Shown here in pieces: positions 10,012 to 20,000 of a stretch of DNA of 20,000 bases (position 1 is its first letter; each line of letters opens with the position of its first letter). The notes under the pieces are model-generated. The model was given only the letters and a program-made list of their open reading frames with translations, searched no databases and was not told the origin of the DNA. The stretch comes from Reclinomonas americana ATCC 50394 (taxonomy: Eukaryota): NCBI GenBank assembly GCA_048213135.1, contig PS015299.1, forward strand, positions 136,845 through 156,844. Reading direction: 5' to 3'. The translations under genes and the position numbers were made by a program.

Positions 10012-11659
10012 CCAAGCACGTACACGCCGTTCAACAGAGAAAACACTCCATGAAATGTGATCAAGGACAGTGGGAAGGAGAGATTGTGGTGGTGGAAAAG
10101 AGAGTGAAGGAGAAGGAAAACTGGGTGTGGATGGATGGATGGATACAAGAGAGACACAGAGATGACGAAGAGAGACGAACAGAGAGCAGCGGAAACGAGA
10201 GAAAACGAAAGCATGAGAGCATGAGAGTGACGGTGATGAGACGAAGAGAGACAAGCACACATGGATGGAGGATGTAGAGATATGTATGATAGACCATGAA
10301 AACTGAGCAAGAATATGCGCGCATAGACGACGCTCACACTCCCAAGAACACGGAGATGAGAGTCGATGACGATAACCAGGAAAGGGAGGTAATAAGGGAA
10401 AGACGGGAAGGAGAATGCAACGGATGGAAACGGAGGGAGATGCAAGCGGCTGATTTCTCACGCTAGGAGAGAGAGAGAGAGGGAGGGGGAAGATTCAGGA
10501 GGAGATAGAAGGGATGAGAGCGGAAGGAAAAGGAAATAAGGACAGGATGTCAACACGATATGCACGGTGATGGAGACGATGAAGGCGATATACAAAAGAG
10601 ATGAATCAACGGCACGTACACATGCATACACGCGACAGCAAGCACTCGAAAATGACGGAGGAAAGAAAACAGAAGATGAGGAAGAAAGAGAGTGGAAAGA
10701 TTGGAGAAGGAGAAGCACGTGTGCGTGTTCAGGCAGTATCACAAATGAGGTGAAAAGAGACGGAGAACGGAGTGAGAGAGAGAGGAAATCAACAAGAACA
10801 AGCCTGACAGAGCAGCTCAGTGCGACAAGCATGTGTGGCAATGGTGATCAGAGACGGAGATGCAAGACGAAGGGAGGGAAGGGAGAAGGGGCGAGTACGA
10901 GAGAGAGAAGGAGAGAGAGAGAGAGAGGAGAGTGGAGAGGGACAATGAACAAATGATGTGTGTGTGGGTGAGGGAAGAGAGAGTAGGATCAGGACGGAGA
11001 GGCACACACGGGAATTGAAGACAGGGAACACATGTGAAAACAATGCAAGGCAACAGGCAAAAGTGAGAAAGAGGCACACGCATGCGGAAAGAGAATAGAT
11101 GCGAGGAGGATAAGCAACAAGCAAGCACGAAATACGGGTGGGGGAGGAGGAAGAAGAATAGGGCGATATGTGTGATTCACACCACGGATGCGATTCGCAC
11201 AAGGTACACAGACAAACACGCCTAACAAGTAAGAGAAGAGAGCGAAAGAAGAGAAGAGAGAAGAGCAAAGAGAGAATGTGAAACAACGGATGAGGGGGTG
11301 GGTTGATCAATCACGTCACACATGCGGTGCACTCACACGAATCAATGACACGCATACATGCACGTAGAGGAGGGAAATCAGGGAGAGCGACAGAGAGCAG
11401 AAAAGCGCGAGACTGTGACGCAGATGGGCGCGAAATCAATCACATCCAGAATGCAGCGCGCGCACACACGGTAAATCAACGAGACGCACACGCACACGCA
11501 CACGCGCAACAATGTTCACTCGGAGGAAAGAGAAGAGAGGCGAGAGAGAGGAGAGAGGAGAGAAAAATCGTTTCTGCGATCAATACACACTGCAAGAAGG
11601 ATTCTCTCCCTCTCTTTCTCACTCGCTCGCTCACTCGCCCTCTCTCTCACTCACTCGCC

Positions 11660-11698
<39 letters not shown>

Positions 11699-12003
11699 CC
11701 ACCTTTCATGCAACAACGAATCGAACATGAGTCCTTATCGCCTCCCGCGTCCCTCTCTCCGTCGCTCGCGCATTCTCTCACGCCCCGCACTCTCTTCCTC
11801 ACTCGTCCATGACACATGGCACAGCAGGTGACCATCAAACACGTGCTCGTGCTGCAGAAACCAAGATACGTCAGGTGTCCTGCATGACATTGATCTCACG
11901 CACCGCCACGAGAACAAGCCGATTGTGTGTGTGTGAGACGTGTGTGCAACAAGGTACATCGTGCGGAAGAGCGAGTAAAGAAGCCAAGAACTGCAACGAG
12001 AAG

Positions 12004-15000
12004 ATGTCGGTGAGTTGTATTGATTGCGTGGGGGACGCTTGTTGTTCGCACGCTTCTCTCGTTCTTCTCTCTCTCATCGCTTGTCGCTCACTGTCCTTGT
12101 TTTTGTCACAGTTCTCTGTGAATGTAAGTGCGGCGCATGATTCATCGCTGTCGGTGGTGGTGGAGGGCATGTCAGCCATGTCCACTCTCGCGGACTTGCT
12201 GCGCGAGGCCACAAGCTTGCTGCGTGAGAAGAGTGGAGATGGGGAGATGGAGATTGTGGGAGTGGAGAAGCCTGCTCCATACAGCATTGAGTTGATGAGT
12301 GCGGCCCCACTCATTGGACTCGGCATCAACTCATCCACGCACCTTGTTGTCCGTCTGACACTTGGCGTGGCGCCGCAGTCGAAGGGAGGGAGTGGAAGCG
12401 AGAGTGGAAGGTATGTGTTTGATTCATCTCTCAGCGAAAATCATGCATCTCACTCGCATGTCTTCGCACAGCAACTCGGCGCGTGTGACTCGGTTTGCTT
12501 GCTTGCCTTTGTCATCCGCCCCTCTCCTCTCTGTTTTTCACTCGTTGCGAGTCTGTGCTGACAGTATTTGCATTCTTACACAGCATGATCAACTCACAAC
12601 GCATCAACATGGCCTTTGAGGTGGTGGAGGAGGCCGTGCGTCAGCGCTGTCAATGCGCACTGGCGCAGTTCAGTCGTGATCATCCCGACTTTGATGTGCG
12701 GGCGTGGGCGTGGATGCAGTGACCGTGAAGGCGTGGTGTGAGTGTCATGCTCCACCCCACCCCTCTCGAGTCAAGTTGTATGAGTAGAAGCAGCCGGTGG
12801 TGGTGTTGGCCTGGCGTGCCGCCTTTGACGCCGACCCGTCGTCCGACCCTCTCTGTGACGGATTCGATACGACAGCACTCCACTCAATCATGCTGTATGG
12901 CGGCTTCGTTCACAATGATGGTCGCAAGCTGCTGTTGATTGACGATGCTGATGAACGGAAGGCGGTGGAGGAACTTCGTGATGCACGGAACGAGTTTGCG
13001 CACGGTTCAGTGTCTTGGATGGATGTCTCGGTGCAGGAGCATCTCGGTGACGGTGGTGTCTTCCTCTCCATCCTCTCTCGACTGCAGCTCACCGATGATG
13101 AGCGTGCTCGATTATCTGCTCGTATCTGTGAGGCACGTCACGCACGACATATTGTGGATACATTTGAGGAACGCCTGCATCGCCTGGCCGTGCGCGAGCT
13201 CTCTTTCTACCAGCATGACGAGAGTGTGCGTAAGGACATGCAGATGTATGTGCCACTGCTGTGCTCACGCGATCGTGACGTCTCGTCGAGAGACAAGATG
13301 ACCGATCTGTTTTCGGAGGTGGTTGCTTTCCTCTCGGACGCCAACACCACCCAACGTGTGCTGGTGCTGTTTGGCAACAGTGGCGCCGGCAAGACCACCA
13401 CACTGTCGATGCTGGCCGAGCGAGCGTGGCGACAGTGGCAGACAAGAGTGAGCAGACGTGTGCCTGTGCGTGTGCCTCTTGGTTCCCTGCGAAATGCCGA
13501 TGAGCGGCTGCTGGAGGAGGCACTCGAGCGACTGTCGCCCGAATTGGGATTCAGTGAGTCGGATGTGCGACGGTTGAAGGAGGAGCCACTGCTGTTATTG
13601 CTTGACGGGTACGATGAGTTGTACCGTGCTGTGAATCTGTTTGTCAAGAATCAGCTGGATGTGTGTCGTGATGTGAAGGTGATTATCACCTGTCGAGGCG
13701 ATTATGCGCTGACGGCACTGGGTAGTGTGGCGCAGTATCGACGGTACTTTGCACCAGTGGATGCACGAGGACAGTTATGCATGCAGCAGCTGATGGAGCG
13801 ACACATTGCACCGTTCAACAAGAAGCAGATTGTGGAGTACTTTGTGAGATTGGTGCAAGTTGGCGGTGATGACGGTGAAGTGCGATGGCCGACTGCCGAG
13901 GAGTACATTCGTGCATTGGAGAGTGTTCAAGGACTGGATGCACTGGTGTCGAATCCGTTCCTGCTGGCAGTGGTGGCCCGCGTATTGCCGCAGTTGGTAG
14001 CAAGTGGTGTAGAGCGACCGACGCGGCGTGATGTGTTTGACCGGTTCATTCGACAGTGGATCGAGAGGGAGCAGGAGAGGCAGACGCGTCTCGGTGCGGA
14101 TCGTGTGCCGAGTGAAGAGACGTGTCTCTCATTCTGTGAGGGACTGGCACGGTTGATGCATGAGAGGAATGTGGTTCGTGCAGTTTCAGAACAGTGGGCG
14201 TCCGAGGAAGACATTGCCGAGTTTGGTGGTGCGCCACTCGCCTTGAAACAAGTGGAAGAGGGACCGTTTGACAAGTTCCTCTCTCACAAGAACCAGCATG
14301 TGCGAGTGTGCTGTCCGATTGTGCGACGGTATGGCACGACGCAGTGGGGTTTCGTGCATCTGTCGTTGCTGGAGCATTGTGTGGCACGACATGTGTTTGC
14401 GTGGGAGACGTGGGATGAAGAGAGGCGGTTGACGATGCAAGATGTGCAGCGGCATGTGTTGGCAGTGCGATTGCTGAATGATCGACCTTCGTTGGTGGAG
14501 CAGATGGCCGAGGTGGTGCGACGATCTCCTCGGTTGCAAGCGAGACTGTGGGAGGTGATTGAGTTGTCGCGTGAGGTGGACGAGGAGCGAGTAGTGACGG
14601 CAGCGGCGAATGCAGCAACGGTGTTGTGTGTGGCACAGGTGTCGTTTAGTGGACGAGATCTGTCGGGTGTGCGAGTGAGGGGTGCGGATTTTAGGGATGC
14701 GGTGATGCACAGGACGGTTTGGAGGGGAGCGGACTTGCGAGGGGTGAATGTGTGTATGGCGTTTGCGAGGGAGGCGGATTTCAGGGGGGCGGATGTAACG
14801 GATGCGGAGTGGCCGAGGAAGCCGCTGGAAGGACACACAGATTGGGTGCGTGCAGTGGCAGTGACACCCGATGGCCAGCACAATGTGAGTGGCAGTGATG
14901 ACAAGACTGTACGGGTGTGGTCGGTGGCAAGTGGCGAGGAGGTGCGCCGACTGGAAGGCCACACGAGCGTGGTGTGTGCAGTGGCAGTGACTCCGGATGG

Positions 15001-16276
15001 CCAGCACATCGTGAGTGGCAGTGAGGACATGACTGTGCGGGTGTGGTCGGTAGCAAGTGGCGAGGAGGTGCGCCGACTAGAAGGCCATACGGGTTGGGTG
15101 AATGCAGTGGCTATGACTCCCGATGGCCAGCGCATTGTGAGTGGCAGTGATGACAAGACTGTACGGGTGTGGTCTGTGGCAAGTGGTGAGGAAGTGCGCC
15201 GACTGGAAGGGCACACGAGTTTGGTGTATGCAGTGGCGATGACACGCGATGGTCAGCACATTGTGAGTGGCAGTGCAGACAAGACTGTACGGGTGTGGTC
15301 GGTGGCAGGTGGCGAGGAGGTGCGCCGACTGGAAGGCCACACGTTGCCGGTGCAGGCAGTGGCAGTGACACCCGATGGCCAGCACATTGTGAGTGGCAGT
15401 GGGGACAAGACTGTGCGGGTGTGGTCGGTGGCAGGTGGCGAGGAGGTGCGCCGACTGGAAGGCCACACAGATAGGGTAATGGCAGTGGCCGTGACACCCG
15501 GTGGCCAGCACATTGTGAGTGGCAGTGCAGACGAGACTGTGCGGGTTTGGTCGGTGGCAAGTGGCGAGGAGGTGCGCCGACTGGAGGGACATACGGATGC
15601 AGTCTATGCAGTGGCAGTGAGACCAGATGGCCAGCACATTGTGAGTGGCAGTGCTGACAAGACTGTACGAGTGTGGTCGGTGGCAAGTGGCGAGGAGGTG
15701 CACCGACTGGAAGGCCACGCGCGTGTGGTGAATGCGGTTGCAATGACACCCGATGGCCAGCACATTGTGAGTGGCAGTGCTGACATGACTGTACGGGTGT
15801 GGTCGGTGGCAAGTGGCGAGGAGGTGCGCCGACTGGAGGGCCACACGACTGGGGTGTCTGCAGTGGCAGTGGCACCCGATGGCAAGCACATTGTGAGTGG
15901 TAGTGCTGACAAGACTGTGCGTGTGTGGTCGGTGGCAAGTGGCGAGGAGGTGCGCCGACTGGAGGGCCACACGACTGGGGTGTCTGCAGTGGCAGTGACA
16001 CCCGATGGCAAGCGCGTTGTGAGTGGCAGTGCTGACAAGACTGTACGGGTGTGGTCGGTGACGAGTGGTGAGGAAGTGCGCCAACTGGAAGGCCACACGA
16101 CTGGGGTGTCGGCAGTGGCAGTGGCACCCGATGGCAAGCACATTGTGAGTGGCAGTGCTGACAAGACTGTGCGTGTGTGGTCGGTGGCAAGTGGCGAGGA
16201 GGTGCGCCGTCATGAAGGACTGCTCGAGCGCATTCTAGGCTCCTTCCTGCCTGATTTCACCGATTTAGTTCTGTGA
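12004..16276 (+). pseudogene. NLR/STAND-like receptor copy 2, disrupted in the HEPN-like region; exons 12004-12009, 12112-12410, 12584-16276; NACHT-WD40 ORF 12797-16276 intact
   Basis: Same splice sites as copy 1 (gtgagt 12010, cacag 12111, gtatgt 12411, cacag 12583). A 22-nt deletion relative to copy 1 at ~12707 shifts the frame to TGA 12720-12722, and the homologous frame also has TAG 12785-12787. Walker A 13373-13396, Walker B 13589-13618, pentapeptide repeat 14645-14812. Confidence 0.75.
14825..16210 (+). repeat. WD40 array, 11 full 126-bp units
   Basis: Exactly 11 x 126 bp from CTG 14825 to CGT 16210, with the same consensus as copy 1. Confidence 0.97.
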
Positions 16277-17166
16277 TGAGCACAACTGCGAGCGTGTATG
16301 GACCCTCGAATGTAAACCAGCTTGTTTGCGATGAGGTCTCATGTGATGTAGACACGCGTGTAATCTTCGCGCTCGAGTTGTGTGCCGTGTGTGTTGATTG
16401 ACCATCACGAGGTAATCCACTCGTTGCCCACTTTCTCTGTCAGAAGAATTCTCAGTGATCTGACGATGCACTGCACAGCTTGTTTGCTGTCTGTGGGGAG
16501 GGGAAGGGAGGAGACGGGAGGAGACGGGAGGAGAAGAGAGAAAAGAAGGGAAGAAAGGTGAAGAGAAGGAGGGAAGGGAAGAGAGGAAAGGAGGAGAATT
16601 TGTGAGAGGGGGGATGTGAGGAAAGATGAGAGGAGATAAAGGAATGTAAGAGAAAGGAGAGGGGAAGAACGGAGAGAAGAGAGGAGTTGAGAGGTGAGAT
16701 GGAGTGAATAGAAACTGGGACCAATGAGAATGTTCGGTTGTTTCCGTGTGCGAGAATTTGTACAGTATGACTGTGTGTATATGTGAACTAGTGAGCGAGG
16801 GAGAGAGAGTGAGACCAGCTCAGCCGGCAGGGATGGAAAGAAGGTGAAGGGAGGAGGAATGGGGAAGCAACGGTGAACAGAATGAGTGAGTTGTAAGATA
16901 CGCAATGTTATCAGCGAGACACTGAGAATGAAAGCATGTGTGTTGAGCGAGATGCACGAGATTACGTTGGAATAGAGTCCCGTGGACTTTGTAGACTGGA
17001 GACATTTGCATCGACTGAATGAGCATTTCTGGTCGTTGGCAGTGGTTTCTTTGTATGTTCTATTGTCGAATCGCGTCAAAAGCATGTTTTCCTTTCTCTT
17101 ACTCTCTGCGAGAAGCGATACTTGAGTCAGTGTGAATGTATTCCTTTTACTCACTGTGTATTACAG

Positions 17167-19261
17167 CATTCAATTTGGTGGCGTCGGATCGTTTACTGCC
17201 GTCGCCGGTGGCCAACCTACCGTCTGTTGAGTACGAGTAGAGAGTGCGAAGAGTGCAGAGATCGAAATGAGTTGCTCATGTGCTTGTTGTGTTTTCGGCA
17301 GTGCCATTGCCAACATTTTCGATTCCGACGTCTGGCTCATCGTACACGGTGACAATTGGCAACACGACCACAATCGGTTCGTTCACCCTGCGTGACTCAT
17401 TCATATCCGTCATCCTTCTCATTCTCCTGCATCTGTCCGTAGTCACTGGTGCAACAACATCGAGCACAATCGGTCTTCGCGTCGGTTTGTCCGGACAAGT
17501 GGTGGTGTTGACGGTGCCAGTGGCCTCGTTCCCCTTTGCCACGCCGTCATTTACACTGTTCAAGAACGCCGACTGCCGCGGGAATGTGGCCACCATCATC
17601 AGCGGCTATCACATGGACATTCGACACGACTGGAGAGCCAACACCAACGAAGCAGCAGTTGTGCCTGTCGTCCACTGACCTGACGGCTTACTTTAGCCTG
17701 GCATCTGTATCCATTTGTTGCGTCTCTGCTGGAGATGTTATGCTGTCAAGTTTGCTTCCTTTTCTTCTAACGAGGCGACCATGTAGATCGTGTCAAGAGC
17801 ACTTCCGCGCCTTCAGTAACGCAGGGCATCAAGTCGCAAACTGTTGTCTTGTCGGGCGGCGACTTCCCGTTGCTGGCTGCAAGTGCCGCCAATGGCAGTA
17901 ATCCAGTCACACCTGGCGGCACGCCACTGGCATTCTTCCTCTCACTCGCCACCGACTGTTCGTCGATGGACTTGCGGGCGGCTGCCTTTGTGGTCAGTGC
18001 GGTGTCGCCGACGCGTATTACGGCCACGGTTTCCACTATTTCTGCGGTCTCTCTCGCCTCGTGCACCCTGGATCCGCCTGGCACGTATCAAATTCGTGGT
18101 CGGTGTGTTACGGAGGGAAAGAGGGAAAAGGAGGGGAGGGAGGGAAGGGGAAGTGGGAAAGGGAGAGAGAGGAGGGGAGGGGGGAAGGCGGAGAAGGGGG
18201 AGCGGGGAACGACGGTGAAGGAAGAGAGGCAGGGGAGAGAGAGAGGACAGTACCGTTGAGAGTGATGTGGGCGGGAAATGGTGAAAGAGCATAGGCGTGA
18301 GAGTGAATGGTGTGAGGCAGAAAGAACAAAGCAGTGGGTGACGGGAGGAGAGATGAAGTAAAGCGGGAGAGGCAGGTGAGCCACGAAGTAGACCGTCTGT
18401 ATGTGCGAGAGAAATGATAGGATGTGAATGAGAGGGAAGGTGTGAGAGGCAAGAGGGCTGAGGAGCAATAGGGAAATGATTAGGGGCTGCAGGTGAGCCA
18501 CGTGTTTGTGAGAGATACGCGAGGATGTGAATGAGAGGGCGGCTGCGACAGGTCAGAGGGCTGAGGAACAGTAGGCAACTGACAGTGAGAGACTGCGTGC
18601 GCGAATGAGTGGGACTTTTTGTCATTCTCTTTCATGTTCAACGAGAAAAGTGGAAGGATTAGAGAGAATGCGACGGATCTACACTGACAAAATACCTGCG
18701 CACAGCTTCTAAGACGGCTCATATGTGCCTCTCGGTGTGCAATTGACCATCACGACCGTCACCGACCCCGATGTCGGCTTCATTTCTCCAAAGTCGTTGC
18801 CTCTCGGCGTGCCAACTACGTTGGTGTTGCATTCGCCATCGCGCACGCTGTCGAATTGTACTCGTTTCAAGGTCGTCGACGCTGGATCCGACTGCAATGG
18901 TCCGGCTTCGGGTGAGTGCTGAGAATGAGAAGATTCTGCGCGGGCGGTGGATGGAGGAGATCTGTACTCACGGTTCACCCTCTTTGCATATATCTCTCTC
19001 GTCAGCGGCCCTTGCGCTTACGGCCTTCCAAGACGGCGTGTTTGATGCGTCGTCATGCTTCTATGGATCTGTTGCTGGCGGCTGTGGACAGTTCAAGGTG
19101 CAGCTCACGAGCTCCAAGTCGGTACATGCCGCGTTCTGTGTGGCAACCACTCCAGGGGCGACATACAAGGCGGTGTCGAACAGCGACATTCGTGTTACCT
19201 CGGGTATGCTGGTGCAGACGTCGTCGGTGGTGGCCAGCCAGGCGGGGACAATTGTTGCGTG
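17167..19261 (+). pseudogene. Internal exons of a Ser/Thr/Val-rich surface-type protein with Cys-containing Ig/IPT-like repeats; probable pseudogene; exons ~17167-17225, 17302-17376, 17443-17716, 17787-18102, 18706-18911, 19006-19261
   Basis: Phase-compatible GT-AG introns with ctcac/ctaac/ctgac branch motifs. The translation repeats 'F..x-DC ... Y/F-x-L/F-C ... Y' blocks (FTLFKNADC..QQLCLS; FFLSLATDC..GTYQI; RFKVVDAGSDC..AAFCVA). There is a frameshift near 17585-17605 and an in-frame TAA at 18710-18712. No start exon was found, and the gene probably continues past the window. Confidence 0.65.
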
Positions 19262-19281
19262 GTGAAGAGGGAAAGCGGGGG

Positions 19282-19337
19282 AAGAGGGAAGGGGGAAAGA
19301 GGGAAGGGGGAAAGAGGGAAGGGGGTAAAGAGGGAAG
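19282..19337. repeat. 15-bp purine-rich tandem repeat (aagagggaaggggga x ~3.5) in a GA-rich intron
   Basis: Read directly from the sequence. Confidence 0.8.
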
Positions 19338-20000
19338 TTGGAGGTGAAGAGGGAAGGAGGGTAGAGAGGGAAGGGGGGAAGGAGAAGGGAGGTTAAGAGG
19401 GAAGGAGGTAAAGAGGGAATGGGAGGGAGGGAGTTTCGACAAGGAGAAGGGAGGGAGATTATGGGCGATGTGGTAGACTATGAGGCGAGGAGAAGGGAGG
19501 TAAAGATGGAAGGGGGAGGGAGGGAAGTGAGGCAAGGAGAAGGGGGGTTTTGAAGGTATTTTGCATGGAAGAGACAGAGTGGAAGTGTGTTGATGAGAAA
19601 GCAAGGGAAAGAGAAACAGACTGAAGAATGTCTGTTGAGTTTGTGTGCATTACAAAAGAGGAAAGGCAGAAGGGAGAAAGGCAACAGATTAGCTTTGGAA
19701 GTGTGTGGATGGGAACTCGTTGGCGAGTGTAACAAAGAGAAGTGTGTCTGTGGAGTGTTTGTGGCGCAAGAGAGGACCGTCAGGGGATGAATAGGTTGTG
19801 GTATTGTGTGGATGTGGATGCAAACGATTAAAGGAGAACGAGGGAAAGGAGACGGATTGGTTGTGGCAGTGAGTGTGTTGATGGAGATGTGAAGGAGAGA
19901 GAAACAGAGAGAAGTGTGTCTGTGGAGATTGGATGGCAAGAGAGGATCGTCAGAGGGGGGATGGAACGGATTGGTTATCATAGATAGCGTGGGGATGGAT

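Larger units (their letters stand above)
7957..16491. repeat. Tandem segmental duplication, unit 2 (~8.5 kb)
   Basis: Collinear diverged copy of unit 1, longer partly because of extra 126-bp WD40 units. Similarity stops abruptly at 16491, where GA-rich sequence begins. Confidence 0.95.

Noticed and set aside
12785-12787. In-frame TAG here and TAA at 18710 as signs of a UAR=Gln genetic code
   Set aside because: Two reading frames of over 1100 codons with many Gln residues use only CAA/CAG. Both stops also occur in genes carrying independent frameshifts.
14825-16210. 126-bp repeats as a CRISPR array or a diversity-generating retroelement target (NNG/NNT codons)
   Set aside because: The repeats are in-frame WD40 coding units with no spacers. 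No reverse transcriptase or adenine-rich template repeat is present in the window, and diversifying selection explains the codon pattern.
1-16491. The 8-kb unit as a transposable element
   Set aside because: No transposase, RT or helicase motifs, terminal repeats or target-site duplication were recognised. A tandem segmental duplication is sufficient.
16488-16520. Minus-strand acceptor-like ctccccacag exactly at the duplication breakpoint, suggesting an intron present in only one copy
   Set aside because: No upstream exon matching 7957 onward appears in 16492-20000, so it is probably a coincidence of the GA-rich tract.

Overview
Eukaryotic (protist-like) genomic DNA with short GT-AG introns, GA/CT microsatellites and two 20-N scaffold gaps. 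Bases 1-16491 are a diverged tandem duplication of an ~8 kb unit (1-7956 and 7957-16491). Each unit carries a + strand, three-exon STAND/NLR-type receptor gene that the ORF track shows only in part. Its spliced architecture is ubiquitin-like domain, putative HEPN RNase (RNxxAH), NACHT NTPase, pentapeptide repeats, then a highly conserved 126-bp WD40 array with hypervariable surface codons. Copy 1 (3853-7741, 1203 aa, 7 full repeats plus 1 partial) is intact. Copy 2 (12004-16276, 11 repeats) has a 22-nt deletion and a TAG confined to the HEPN-like region, while its NACHT-WD40 part is intact. Each unit also holds remnants of a divergently oriented micro-exon gene on the minus strand. From 17167 there is a multi-exon + strand gene for a Ser/Thr-rich surface-type protein with Cys-containing, Ig/IPT-like repeats; it carries a frameshift and an in-frame stop, and no 5' exon is visible. 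All domain calls come from reading motifs by eye; no database searches were run.
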